Assembly: GCA_029838195.1 (NCBI GenBank) | Contig: JALGVJ010000001.1 | Location: 192,001 to 256,000 of the forward strand | Source: Promethearchaeota archaeon | Lineage (GTDB): Archaea > Asgardarchaeota > Lokiarchaeia > Sigyniarchaeales > SOKP01 | Reading direction: 5' to 3' | Length of the DNA: 64,000 nucleotides | Part shown: positions 39,499 to 49,772 of the stretch, in pieces | Position numbering within the stretch: the first letter of the stretch is position 1 | Layout: each line of letters begins with the position of its first letter | Notes under the pieces: generated by a model | Databases searched by the model: none | The model's input: only the letters and a program-made list of their open reading frames with translations | What the model was told of the DNA's origin: nothing | Program-made: the position numbers and the translations under genes

Positions 39499-40566
39499 TT
39501 ATTTCTTTAAGCGCAGTTTTAATTTTTGGGCTATGAGATCGCCCATTTCCACAGTAGACAGCGTTTTCAAAGTGGAATTTTTGATATCCACAGTCCTTCC
39601 TTCTGCTAATGCCTCTTCCACGGCAAACTCGATTTCATTTCCTAATTCGTTTTGAGCAAAACTAATGGATAGCATTAATTTTACGCTTAAAATGGTGCCA
39701 ATGGGATTGGCAATATTCTTCCCTGCGATATCTGGTGCTGAACCATGAATGGGCTCATACATTGACACTTTATTAGGATGAATGTTTCCGCTAGAGGCCA
39801 TTCCAAGGCTTCCAATTAAAAATGCAGCCTCATCACTTGCGATGTCGCCAAACATGTTTCCTAGAACGACTGTTTGAAATTTATAGGGCTCCCGAATTAA
39901 CCATTGGCAAAATGAATCGATATAATAATCTTCTTTTTTCAGTGAAGGATATTTTTCTCCTATTTCATGAAATATGGTCCTCCATAATTGGCTTGTTTTC
40001 AACACGTTCGCCTTGTCAACGGAAGTGATTTTTTGATGGTTCATTTGCTTAGCAAATTCAAACGCATAGGATATTATTCTCTCACATCCTTTTCTCGTGT
40101 ATATCATGAGGTTTTGAGCGACCTCGTTTTTCAAAATACCGCCGATATTTGCATAAAGACCTTCCGTATTTTCCCGCACGAACGTAATGTCGATGCCCGG
40201 ACCAATGTATTCCTCTTTTAGGGGGCATCTATCTCGCAACGTCTCATAAAGCTTGACAGGCCGTAAATTAACGTAAAGATCGAGTCCTTGTCGGATTTTT
40301 AGAATCGCAATTTCTGCCACCCCTTGCGGCAGACCGGGTATACCGATGGCTCCAAAAAGAAGCGCGTCTGAATTCTTTATAGTTTCAAATGACTTGTCGG
40401 GCAAACTTACACCATATTCCTTCCACACACCTCCTCCGGCAGGTGCTTCTCTCAATTCAAACTGTAATTCGGAATAATCCTCTATGACTTTTAATATTTT
40501 AATTCCTTCTCTAATGACTTCTGGTCCTACACCATCTCCTTCGGTTACGGCAATAACTTTTTTCAC
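39499..40566 (-). CDS. leuB: 3-isopropylmalate dehydrogenase
   Basis: GDGVGPEV, NLRP, RENTEG.Y, DKANVL, NMFGDI.SD, YEPIHGSAPDIAG. Confidence 0.85.
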   Translation of the reverse strand: MKKVIAVTEGDGVGPEVIREGIKILKVIEDYSELQFELREAPAGGGVWKEYGVSLPDKSFETIKNSDALLFGAIGIPGLPQGVAEIAILKIRQGLDLYVNLRPVKLYETLRDRCPLKEEYIGPGIDITFVRENTEGLYANIGGILKNEVAQNLMIYTRKGCERIISYAFEFAKQMNHQKITSVDKANVLKTSQLWRTIFHEIGEKYPSLKKEDYYIDSFCQWLIREPYKFQTVVLGNMFGDIASDEAAFLIGSLGMASSGNIHPNKVSMYEPIHGSAPDIAGKNIANPIGTILSVKLMLSISFAQNELGNEIEFAVEEALAEGRTVDIKNSTLKTLSTVEMGDLIAQKLKLRLKK

Positions 40567-41153
40567 GTGAATGCTCGCCTCAAATTCCTATTCTACGTTT
40601 TGTTTCTAAAAATGAACGATTCTTTAATTAATTTTTTGAGAATCATACGTTTTTTGTTAATCGGGCCTTCAAACGAGGTCCAGTGCTAAAGTTAAACAAT
40701 AATGAAAAGCGGAAAGTATAAAATGAAAAAGAAGACATGTCTCTTGTATTTTTAGGTCAGTTTCATCTTATTAATTAACAAAATTAAATTGAGCAAATTA
40801 GAAAGATTGTGCCCTTAACACTCGTGAATCGCATGGATCTATCTTTCCTTTCCAAATTAAAATAAATTTTTTCATTGATTCAAATCGTAAATTATTCATG
40901 TCTGATCTAATAAAAATCTCATTCAATTATTTAGCCAAAATAAGTGAATATTCAAAATTCAATGGCCGTTTATTACTCACATCCCTCATTTTCAAGGTCT
41001 ATCCCTCAACAGGAAAAAAATTTAAAATCATGAAAGATCTCAAGGCTAAAGGCTCAGAACCCCATTTGCCGGTTTTTTGCTTAAACTTCACTTTTTGTCG
41101 AATTGGTTGAAAATATTAACTCAATCATGCAATAGGAACGATCTAACATAACA

Positions 41154-41161
41154 TTTATATA
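41154..41161 (+). promoter_or_regulatory. Probable TATA box of the histone gene
   Basis: TTTATATA about 90 bp upstream of ATG 41253; GGAGGA SD at 41240-41245. Confidence 0.4.
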
Positions 41162-41252
41162 TTTGAATTGAATATTATTATTTAAGAAACTTCTATGTAA
41201 GAATTTTCTCATGTAAAATTTTATCAAGAATAAAAAAGTGGAGGAATAAAAA

Positions 41253-41465
41253 ATGGCTAAAAAAATATTCGCCTGGAGCCCAATTAGAAAATTAATGAAA
41301 GATAATGGCGCAGAAATGGTAGCACGAGATGCCGTGGACGCTTTAATCGATTATTTAGAAGCTTTAGCGAAAAACGTGACCAATAAAGCTCTTGAAATGA
41401 CCCGACACGCTGGACGCAAGAAGCTCGTGCTCGAAGATCTCGAATTGGCGCTCAAGGTTTTATAG
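41253..41465 (+). CDS. Archaeal histone (single histone fold)
   Basis: PIRKLMK..GAEMV..DA, A.EM..HAGRK...ED. Confidence 0.95.
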   Translation: MAKKIFAWSPIRKLMKDNGAEMVARDAVDALIDYLEALAKNVTNKALEMTRHAGRKKLVLEDLELALKVL

Positions 41466-42035
41466 AATTGCAATCTTTAAAGTATCAATTTCCCAATAAC
41501 TAACGTTTTTTTCTTTTTCTATTTATAAAAATTCTCTTTTAAAAGTTAATCGCCCTTCTTAATTGAGCCTATTTTTGACTCTCTAAAATTAATGGAAGTT
41601 TAAACATCGTTTATCAATAACCGACAAAAATTCACTCCATCTCGTCTTAAATCATGACGGATTCATCCGTAAAAATTTCAGCCCACAAAAATGATCATTT
41701 TCATGCAGTTCCTTCCACGTCCATGAAATTTCTGCAAGAACGCTTTAACCCGTTGTAGAACCCGATTGCTCGATTCTTGACAAAATTCACGGGGGTAAAG
41801 ATTTGCTTTTCGTCGGAGCATCTTTAATGATTTTTAAAATTCAGTTAAATATAAAATATTAAAAATGCCCTCCATTTAAATTGGGAGATTAAAAAAAATC
41901 AACGAACAAAACAATATACATCATCCTAAAAAAAAAACAACAAAAATAAAAAAACCAATAAAAATAAAAAAAAACAACGAAAATAAAAAAAAAGTTAACA
42001 TGCTTTTTACAAGCGTTCTGTTTCCTCAAGAATCC

Positions 42036-42326
42036 CTATTCATCTTCTTCCTTGTGAAAATACCACTTGTAGAGCAAACTCATGTTTTTTCTGGGAAATA
42101 ATCCTACTATATCTCCCTCCTTAACGTTCTTATTAATTCCCGCATACCTGTTATTAACAAATATATGCCCAAGTTCAGAAGGCTCAATAGAAAATTTTTC
42201 TATTATGTCTTTAACCTTCCTTACATCTGCCGAGTCTACTTGAATAATACGGGGAAATCCCGTCTCCGTCGTATCTCCCTCTATTTTCTCCTTTAAAAGC
42301 CCAAATAGCTTGACCTTTATGCCCAT
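42036..42326 (-). CDS. MoaD/ThiS-like beta-grasp protein lacking the C-terminal GG
   Basis: IKVKLFG.L, IFVN, KEGDIVGLFP; directly downstream of aor. Confidence 0.8.
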   Translation of the reverse strand: MGIKVKLFGLLKEKIEGDTTETGFPRIIQVDSADVRKVKDIIEKFSIEPSELGHIFVNNRYAGINKNVKEGDIVGLFPRKNMSLLYKWYFHKEEDE

Positions 42327-42344
42327 CTTCTCATTTTGTTGTTC

Positions 42345-44090
42345 CTAAAACACTTTATCAAGTTCTTCCTCTGAAACGTTGAAAACTTCATTCGTGGGTG
42401 GTAAAGGCTCCAAAACCATGAATTCAGGAAGTCTATCATGAGCCTTGGTAAAGCCTGCTGCTTTATTGAAATTTAATTCGGTATCCAGAATCTGTTGTCC
42501 AATTTTTGCAACATCTTCCACCTTAAGATCAGTTCCATATACTCCATTTATTGATTCTACAACGCCTTCTAAACCTGATGGGATATCAAGAATTGCAAAG
42601 GCGATAAACAAACAATAACCTGAAGCATCAACGGCAGCGGTTGCAAGTTGTAGATTACGAGATAAATCTGATTTCTTTACATCCCGGGGATCAGCAGTCC
42701 CTCCCACGCCCATGATTTCAGTGGCTATACAATATCCAGCAGTGTGGTCCGCTCCCATTGGCGTAGTGGCGTAGGTAACACCGATACCTTTAATTGCACG
42801 CGGGTCGTAAGCTGGAATACCTTGTCCTTTGACGGTAGGAACTCTCCAAACACCATAAGCTCGTGCCGTGTATTCTGTACCGTTTGCGATGATTCTCCCT
42901 AAGGGCGTTTTGTTTCGAACTTCTTCTAATAGTTCAATGGCTTTCTGTCCATCTCCAAAATCAAGAACGCCGCCTTCCATGGCAACGGCTATAGTATCCC
43001 CGCATTCAATCGTATCCAGGCCTAAATCATTGCATTGTCGGTTTAGTTCACCTATGATATCTAGGTCATAGATTCCACAATTTGGTCCCAATGCCCAAGT
43101 TGATTCATATTCTAAAACGCCTACGGGGTTTTCTCCGTTAGGGTCCACCCAAACTTCAGAGCATTGGATGACACAGCCCGGATGGCAGGCATGGGGTCTT
43201 TGGCCAGCTCCACCCCTTTTCTTGATTTCTTCAGCTTTTTTCTCACCGGATACCATGGCTGCTTGATCCGATTGACCGGCAGAGAAATTTTTTTGAGGCA
43301 ATCCTCCAGCTTCATTAATGATGTTTATTAAGACATCCGTTCCATAGGAATTTAAAGCACCTCCGGGTTTAGTTACATCATGAGTAGTAAGAGCCTCTCT
43401 AAGTTTTCGAATTCCTTGATTAAATAATTCTTCATTTTTAATTTCCACGCCAGGAGCATCCGTATCATCCACAATGATAAATTTCAAGCCTCTTGAATAC
43501 ATGACAGCACCTAATCCGCCTCTTCCGGCATATCTGGAGGGCAAGCCATCTATATCATTAAAACACAATCCGGAGTTAGCACTTAATAGTTCTGCTGCTA
43601 TTCCTACACCACAGATTCCTACATTCTTGCCAAACTCGTTGTAAAGATCTTTATAGGCCTCGTAAAGTCCTTTTCCGAGCCATTTATTAGCATTTAGTAA
43701 TTCTGCTCCATCCTTGTTAATTTTTAACAGGTATTTATCATTATCCTCTGCCTTACCTTCCACTACGATCGCAGCAATTCGCAAGCGAGCTACTTTTTGA
43801 CCGAAAGACGTTCCTGCGTTGGCTTCTTTAATTCCGCCAGTCAAGGGCGATTTTCCTCCAACAGAAATTCTACCCGAGCTTGGAGCTTTAGTTCCGGTGA
43901 CCAAGCCAGGTGCTAAAACCACTTTATTAGAGGGTCCTAGGGGGTGGCACGTAGGGGGTACCTCTTTGGCAACGATAGTGGAGGTAAGCCCTCTTCCACC
44001 TAAAGCATAGTATTCTTCGGGCAGATCTTCAAATTTGATGGAACGATCTGTCATATTTACTCTTAAAATTTTTCTTGGCAATAATTTCAC
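42345..44090 (-). CDS. aor: Aldehyde:ferredoxin oxidoreductase (W/Mo-pterin)
   Basis: GGRGL, KSPLTGGIKEANAG, GRGGLGAVM, C.PGC.I.C, EYES, GLDTIE, GADH, DRLP; true start probably TTG 44081 after the GGTGA SD. Confidence 0.93.
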   Translation of the reverse strand: MKLLPRKILRVNMTDRSIKFEDLPEEYYALGGRGLTSTIVAKEVPPTCHPLGPSNKVVLAPGLVTGTKAPSSGRISVGGKSPLTGGIKEANAGTSFGQKVARLRIAAIVVEGKAEDNDKYLLKINKDGAELLNANKWLGKGLYEAYKDLYNEFGKNVGICGVGIAAELLSANSGLCFNDIDGLPSRYAGRGGLGAVMYSRGLKFIIVDDTDAPGVEIKNEELFNQGIRKLREALTTHDVTKPGGALNSYGTDVLINIINEAGGLPQKNFSAGQSDQAAMVSGEKKAEEIKKRGGAGQRPHACHPGCVIQCSEVWVDPNGENPVGVLEYESTWALGPNCGIYDLDIIGELNRQCNDLGLDTIECGDTIAVAMEGGVLDFGDGQKAIELLEEVRNKTPLGRIIANGTEYTARAYGVWRVPTVKGQGIPAYDPRAIKGIGVTYATTPMGADHTAGYCIATEIMGVGGTADPRDVKKSDLSRNLQLATAAVDASGYCLFIAFAILDIPSGLEGVVESINGVYGTDLKVEDVAKIGQQILDTELNFNKAAGFTKAHDRLPEFMVLEPLPPTNEVFNVSEEELDKVF

Positions 44091-44146
44091 CTTTTTTTTG
44101 TTGTATTAATAATATTATCAGCGTTTTATTTAAATTTATGTTTTTA

Positions 44147-44172
44147 GCGTCATGTATGCATTGATATAACGC
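44147..44172. promoter_or_regulatory. ModE-like operator upstream of the aor promoter
   Basis: GCGTCATGT-N8-ATATAACGC imperfect palindrome, just upstream of a minus-strand TTTAAATA box (44127-44134). Confidence 0.5.
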
Positions 44173-44384
44173 ATGGAGAAGACGATAGGAATTAGTAAAT
44201 CTCTCTCAATTAAAAAGAAATGGCAAAACTTCATGGTAAAGGATGGTGGAAGCATCTTGAGCTCGTATTGAGAGAAATTTTTCGCTTTTACAAAAATAAT
44301 ATAAATTGTACTTTGATTACATGATACCATGAATCTCTTTTAGGATTTATCCTGCATTATATTCTCGTAGAATATCTATAAGGA

Positions 44385-45572
44385 TCAGCGTTTAAATTTG
44401 AAGAGAATGATGAGAGTGGAAATAATGGGAAAAATGATCATCAAGGAGATGCCAAAATAATAATCTGGGTTAATGGTTAATAACAAGGTAAAGAGCAATC
44501 CCCCTGAAAAACCTCCTAAAAAGAAGCTTGAATTTACATAGCCAATGTATTTTCCCTTGTTTTTAGGCGTGGTATGCTTGGAAATATAAAGATAAATGGC
44601 GGAATAAAACATGCTGTAGCTTAAAGCTATGAGGATTTGAGATATGAAAAAGCCAAAAAAAGTGGTAGAAAAGAAATATCCAATTAATACGAAAATGCTT
44701 AACACGTATCCCACCACCATGAACGCTTTTTCATTCTTGTCATTAATTAGGTTTCCGAAAATAATGATGAGAAAAAACTGTAGTAAAGGATTAATTCCCA
44801 TTAAAAATCCAATTTGGACGTCATTGTTAAGATATAATGCCATGATGATTGCAAGGATGGATAAAACGGGACGGATTCCAAAATGCCGGAAAAAAAGGGA
44901 ATAATATACGGATTTTGAGATATTATTGCCGGAATTTTCATTCATATCCATGATTCCATGATTTTTAGAGTTCTCGCTTGAGTTTTTTGTTTCTTCGATT
45001 CTATTTAAAATAATAAAGCGATTTTCTCGGGCAAAAAACACCAAGATCATGCTGATAATGTTAAAAATCAAAAAAAAATAGAAAACATGTTCTATACCAT
45101 TAATTTCCACGAAAATTCCGCATAATTGAGCTCCTGCAAACCATCCTAATGCTCCTGTTGCATTAAGATAGGAAATCATTTTTTGATCATTTTCTACCAA
45201 TTCTTGAAACAAGACTAAAATTAGGCCAAAACAAGCCGAGAAAAATCCATGGGCAAACAGGGCAATGATAATCATGATTAGCGTTCGATGGAATAACAGC
45301 CATGAAAATAAGATGGTATCGCCAATTGCTCCGAAAATGAAAATATAGTATCGATTTTGAATTTTATCGCTATAATTTCCGACAAGCGGGGGAAAAACAA
45401 AATTAGTAAATGCCATGATAGTTGAAACTAGTTGGATTATTGATTTTTCAATTCCCATGTAATAAAGATATCGTGGAAGATAGGTATAAAGAGCCATTCC
45501 AAGGATGCCAGAAAAAAAAATAGATAAAAAAATGATGAATCCTGATTTTTTTGATAGAATCAATGTCCCCAA
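44385..45572 (-). CDS. MFS transporter
   Basis: 12 TM, GNYSDKIQNR motif-A-like loop. Confidence 0.85.
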   Translation of the reverse strand: MGTLILSKKSGFIIFLSIFFSGILGMALYTYLPRYLYYMGIEKSIIQLVSTIMAFTNFVFPPLVGNYSDKIQNRYYIFIFGAIGDTILFSWLLFHRTLIMIIIALFAHGFFSACFGLILVLFQELVENDQKMISYLNATGALGWFAGAQLCGIFVEINGIEHVFYFFLIFNIISMILVFFARENRFIILNRIEETKNSSENSKNHGIMDMNENSGNNISKSVYYSLFFRHFGIRPVLSILAIIMALYLNNDVQIGFLMGINPLLQFFLIIIFGNLINDKNEKAFMVVGYVLSIFVLIGYFFSTTFFGFFISQILIALSYSMFYSAIYLYISKHTTPKNKGKYIGYVNSSFFLGGFSGGLLFTLLLTINPDYYFGISLMIIFPIISTLIILFKFKR

Positions 45573-45742
45573 ATTTCCGTGATGTAGTAGAGGTCTATTA
45601 AATGTTAAAATCTAATGCCTTGGAGTAAAAAATGATAAAAGCCTCTTAATTTTTATGGAAAAGTACTCTCTTACGTCATGATTAAAATGTCATGAGGATT
45701 ACACGCTAATGATTTTTCATCGGGAATTGATAATTCCTTTTT

Positions 45743-47776
45743 TTATTTATTCGATTTTGAATAAACAGGCATGATCAAGTAGCTGGGGTGATTTTTATCA
45801 TGATAAATCTTTTGGACAGCTTTCATATACTCGAATGGCTTTCCTTTTCCCCCTAAATTTGAATTAATGTCAAATCTAGGAAAATTGCTGGAAGTTATTT
45901 CTAATCGAATTCGATGTCCTTTTCGAAAAAGATTAGAGGTATTACCAAGCTCAATTGTATATTTAATAATCTCGTCGGGATTAATGAGAGAAGGGGCTGA
46001 AATACCGTTTCTAAAGCGAGCTCTAATTCCAGCGTCTAAAATATTATAAGCTTTCCCATTAGGAAATACATCCACTAGTTTCACCATGAAATCCGTGTCT
46101 TGAGCTGAAGAAGCTGCGAACAAGACCATTTTCACGAGCCCAGTGATTTCTATTCCTTTTTGTAAAACATTTGAAGTATACACGAGCACGTCTAAACGCT
46201 GTTCTGCATCTTTTTGGTCATGGCTTCCTTTTAAAATATCTAAATTCCTGCCTCCCCGAGTAATAACGGGGTTCATGGGATCAAATTCATACTGGTCAGG
46301 TGGTTCTTCTTTAGGATATTTAGGACTTAATTTTCCATGGACCTTCATGCTATTAGCATCACCATCGGAATGAAGATATAATTTTCGGTATCTTATTTCT
46401 TTAGGAGGCCAATAATCCGTATATCTCCAGAGATTTCTCCCCATGACCCAATATTTAATTGGAGGTTTATCTATATCGGTAAAAGTGGATCGTTTTTCTT
46501 TCAACCAGTAATCAAACCATTGCTTGTTTAAAAACAGCTTGTAAAACATTAACATTCCCGCATTAAATAACGTGCTTTCTGGGTGTCCGCTTTCAGCATG
46601 AGCCCAAGGGCCTATTACCATTTTAGAGTGTTTTTTTACAAAATCATTTGCATTTTTTTGAAGTTCCAAGAAATCTTTTAATTGATGTTCTAAAAACATG
46701 TCTTGCCAGCCAGCAAGCATGAAAACTGGTTGCTCTACATGTTCAACGGCATAGTCTAATAAGCCTAACATTCGTTCCGTGTCTTTTTCAATTTTCTGAT
46801 GAAATAAGAAATCATTCAAGAATTTAAAAAACAACGAGAAGTTCCGTTTCTTGAAATTAACGTGGTTATTGAGGTAATGTTCCGCTATTTTCCGTTTTAC
46901 TTTATCAAGATTTAAATCTTTAAAATCAGAAAATTTAAGAATGGAAGATTGCTTTTCTAAAGGATCATTATATAGAGCTGTGGTCGGATTCAAATATCTT
47001 TCTTGAATTTCTCTCGGCAAGAGATCTACCGGCGGTTTTTCACGATTTACCGTGATATTTAATAATATCCGATACATTGCTGTTGTTAATGAATGAATGT
47101 TTAATCCTCCAGACGAGTTCCAGAGATTCAATGTAGAGCAAATCGCCGGAGAAATGCAAGTAAGGATTCCCTCATTCTTAAATGAAACACATAACTGAGT
47201 TAATCCGAAATAGCTCCCTCCATTCATTCCTATTTTTCCATTGTACCAAAATTGTTTTTTGATCCACTGAAGAGTTTCTAGTCCATCGCTTCTATCTGCT
47301 AAAAGGTAAAAATTGAACCCTTCAGAATGAGCACATCCTCGAACATCTTGCAATACAACCGCAAACCCGTGGATGGCATAAAAGTGAGCTAAATAACTAA
47401 AAGAATCTTTCCAATACGGTAATCGGATGAGCATGGTTGGACATTTACTTCGTTTTTTGTACACTTTTTTAGGCAAATACACATCTGTTGCTAATTTCGT
47501 GCCATCGCTCATTTCTAACATGTATTCGGGAAAACGTTTTACTCCTTTAAATGAAAATCCAGAATCGAGGATCAAGCTCAAGATTCTTACAAATGGCAGA
47601 ACACCATTTCTCATTATCCGCTCTAGGAGGCGTCGGAAAAAAGGAGGGAGATTATCTCTTTTAGGAATTTGTAAATAAGAAAAACTAGTCACGTAATGAT
47701 CTACATTCATGAAAAATAAAAATTGTTCATCTATAAAAAGGGACATTAAATTTCTAAAAACAAATAATCGTGTCAA
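45743..47776 (-). CDS. CocE/NonD family serine hydrolase
   Basis: MSDGTKLATDVYLP, QDVRG..HSEG, GGSYFG, GWQD, GPWAH, SSNFPRFD; start uncertain. Confidence 0.9.
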   Translation of the reverse strand: MTRLFVFRNLMSLFIDEQFLFFMNVDHYVTSFSYLQIPKRDNLPPFFRRLLERIMRNGVLPFVRILSLILDSGFSFKGVKRFPEYMLEMSDGTKLATDVYLPKKVYKKRSKCPTMLIRLPYWKDSFSYLAHFYAIHGFAVVLQDVRGCAHSEGFNFYLLADRSDGLETLQWIKKQFWYNGKIGMNGGSYFGLTQLCVSFKNEGILTCISPAICSTLNLWNSSGGLNIHSLTTAMYRILLNITVNREKPPVDLLPREIQERYLNPTTALYNDPLEKQSSILKFSDFKDLNLDKVKRKIAEHYLNNHVNFKKRNFSLFFKFLNDFLFHQKIEKDTERMLGLLDYAVEHVEQPVFMLAGWQDMFLEHQLKDFLELQKNANDFVKKHSKMVIGPWAHAESGHPESTLFNAGMLMFYKLFLNKQWFDYWLKEKRSTFTDIDKPPIKYWVMGRNLWRYTDYWPPKEIRYRKLYLHSDGDANSMKVHGKLSPKYPKEEPPDQYEFDPMNPVITRGGRNLDILKGSHDQKDAEQRLDVLVYTSNVLQKGIEITGLVKMVLFAASSAQDTDFMVKLVDVFPNGKAYNILDAGIRARFRNGISAPSLINPDEIIKYTIELGNTSNLFRKGHRIRLEITSSNFPRFDINSNLGGKGKPFEYMKAVQKIYHDKNHPSYLIMPVYSKSNK

Positions 47777-48141
47777 AAAATCTGCTCTACCGCTTCATGC
47801 TTGACTCCTAAATTATAAATAAATTAGAATCGTGATTGAAATCAATACATGAAGATTTTTTAAAAACGATAGAAAGAAGAAATATTGTTTTATAATCTTC
47901 TTAAAAAGAATTTTTATTCATGAGAATTGATAATAATTATCAAAAAGTAACATTTAATTAAACAATATTTAATACAAAAATCAATAAAACATAAAATTAA
48001 ATTATCTTTTTAGAAAAAAATAATCGATTTTCATAATTATTCATTTCAAAATAAGTCATGGTTTTAATAGGAGTAATTCTATTTTTATCATATAATTTTT
48101 TACTCATTGACTTGCGATAGTGAATAAGAATTCCAATTGAT

Positions 48142-48672
48142 TTGTCTTTTAAACTCTGCGTGTTCGGGGCTAAGGGTTCTGGGAAATCGGCGATAATTTA
48201 TAAACTCATATCAGCAAAATTAAAAACACAAATGGAGCTTGGAAGAACATTGGGGGCGGATATTATTTTGAAACAAATCACGCGAGTGGGAAAAAAAATT
48301 CTATTACAAATTTGGGATATTATTGGAGAGAAGCAATTTAGAATGATGCTTCCAATTTATTCGAGGGGAGCGGCAGGAGCTATTTTAGTATTTGATATGA
48401 GTAGAGAAGAAAGTATAGATGAATCTAAAGAATGGCTTGAACTTTTCAAATCAGGTCAGGAAACGATACAACCACGCATTCCTATAATCTTAGCAGGAAA
48501 CAAGGCAGATCTCGTGGAAAATAGAAGCCTGATTTATCAGAGAGCTAAAAAATTAGTTATTGATCATGATCTTATAGAATACATGGAAGTTTCAGCGAAA
48601 ACAGGAGAAAATATTCAAGAATTATTCACTACATTGATTGATACTATTTTAATCGAAAGGGGGTTTTATTAG
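48142..48672 (+). CDS. Rab-like small GTPase
   Basis: GAKGSGKS, TLGAD, LQIWDIIGE, GAILVFD, GNKAD, EVSAKTG; no C-terminal prenylation motif. Confidence 0.9.
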   Translation: MSFKLCVFGAKGSGKSAIIYKLISAKLKTQMELGRTLGADIILKQITRVGKKILLQIWDIIGEKQFRMMLPIYSRGAAGAILVFDMSREESIDESKEWLELFKSGQETIQPRIPIILAGNKADLVENRSLIYQRAKKLVIDHDLIEYMEVSAKTGENIQELFTTLIDTILIERGFY

Positions 48673-49772
48673 AAAAAAATCTCTTCAATTAGATGTTCCA
48701 TGGGGGAGAATGCGTTTAAATTTCCCTTCCAATCCTCTAAAATGGGTGAAAAAAGTTCTTCAATTCTGCTGGTTAATTTATTGAGTAAAATTTGATAATG
48801 TTTTAAAAGCTCATCACAAATTAAAATGGAATATACATGAGTAGATGGCTGTACGATTATTATTTTCCCTTCTTTTTCGATAATTGAAAGTCCTTCAACT
48901 TGGGTGGCTTGTTCTAACATCATTTTTAGCATGATCAAGCTTCCAGAAAAAACATATTCGCCTGCGGATGTATCTATTCTTTTTCTGAAGTTTTTCTTAT
49001 AAATTAATAAACCCGATTTATGAATGATGAAGATACTTTCCAGCTTGTCTTGCCAAGCATATTCTGTTAAAGAAGGAACAGAAATAAAAAACCACGCAAG
49101 CAAGATAAATCCAATTAATTGAATGATATCTCCATAAAAACGGTAAATCACGCCAAATGGGACGATTATATAAGGCGTGGTTAATAGAAAACCGATAATG
49201 ATGATTAAAATTCCTAATGAAAACTTGAAAATCTCAAATTGTAAATTGATAATCCCCTTTTTAACTTGTAGTTTAGACCTCATGCTTATAAAATAGAGGA
49301 TAAAAAAAATGATGAGTATTGACATGTAGAGATAACCGAAGATAAATCCAATGGATATATCTATTAAGATTATTATCATGTAAATAGGAAGAAATATTAA
49401 AGAGATTCTGGTGAATAAATATCTTTTAAAATACACTTTTAGATTTTCCATTATCTTAAAAAATAAAATGATGCTGGCAACTTGAATCGACATCCCGATG
49501 GTAGAAAAAAGGTCATGAAAATAGGAAGATTGAACGTAAAAATCCGCAATAACGAAAAACATCCACATGAACGCATATCCCAAAAATAACCAAAAATACG
49601 CTTTTTCTTCTAACGATTTTAATTTCATTTTGTTTTTACCATGAAATCGTGTCCATAAAAAAAAAGATTGCTCGAAAAAGAGAAAGGTGATTAGATATTC
49701 CAAGATTAAAAGAGGTTCTCTAAACATTCCGGTTATAGGAAAAAAATCTTGTGTGATCACGTGAACACCCAT
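48669..49772 (-). CDS. Seven-TM protein fused to a C-terminal longin-like domain, paralogue A
   Basis: About 7 TM, linker PSLTEYAW, then IFIIHKSGLLIYKKNF...FSGSL longin pattern. Confidence 0.72.
   Translation of the reverse strand: MGVHVITQDFFPITGMFREPLLILEYLITFLFFEQSFFLWTRFHGKNKMKLKSLEEKAYFWLFLGYAFMWMFFVIADFYVQSSYFHDLFSTIGMSIQVASIILFFKIMENLKVYFKRYLFTRISLIFLPIYMIIILIDISIGFIFGYLYMSILIIFFILYFISMRSKLQVKKGIINLQFEIFKFSLGILIIIIGFLLTTPYIIVPFGVIYRFYGDIIQLIGFILLAWFFISVPSLTEYAWQDKLESIFIIHKSGLLIYKKNFRKRIDTSAGEYVFSGSLIMLKMMLEQATQVEGLSIIEKEGKIIIVQPSTHVYSILICDELLKHYQILLNKLTSRIEELFSPILEDWKGNLNAFSPMEHLIEEIFF

Noticed and set aside
40898-41110. 70-aa ORF upstream of the histone gene
   Set aside because: No SD or recognisable motif; likely a chance ORF in AT-rich intergenic DNA
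41466-42035. Structured ncRNA in the 570-bp gap after the histone gene
   Set aside because: Only a short hairpin (ACGGAT-TC-ATCCGT) and A/T-rich terminator-like tracts; no family recognised
44136-44330. 64-aa ORF upstream of aor
   Set aside because: No motif, and it overlaps the aor promoter and operator region
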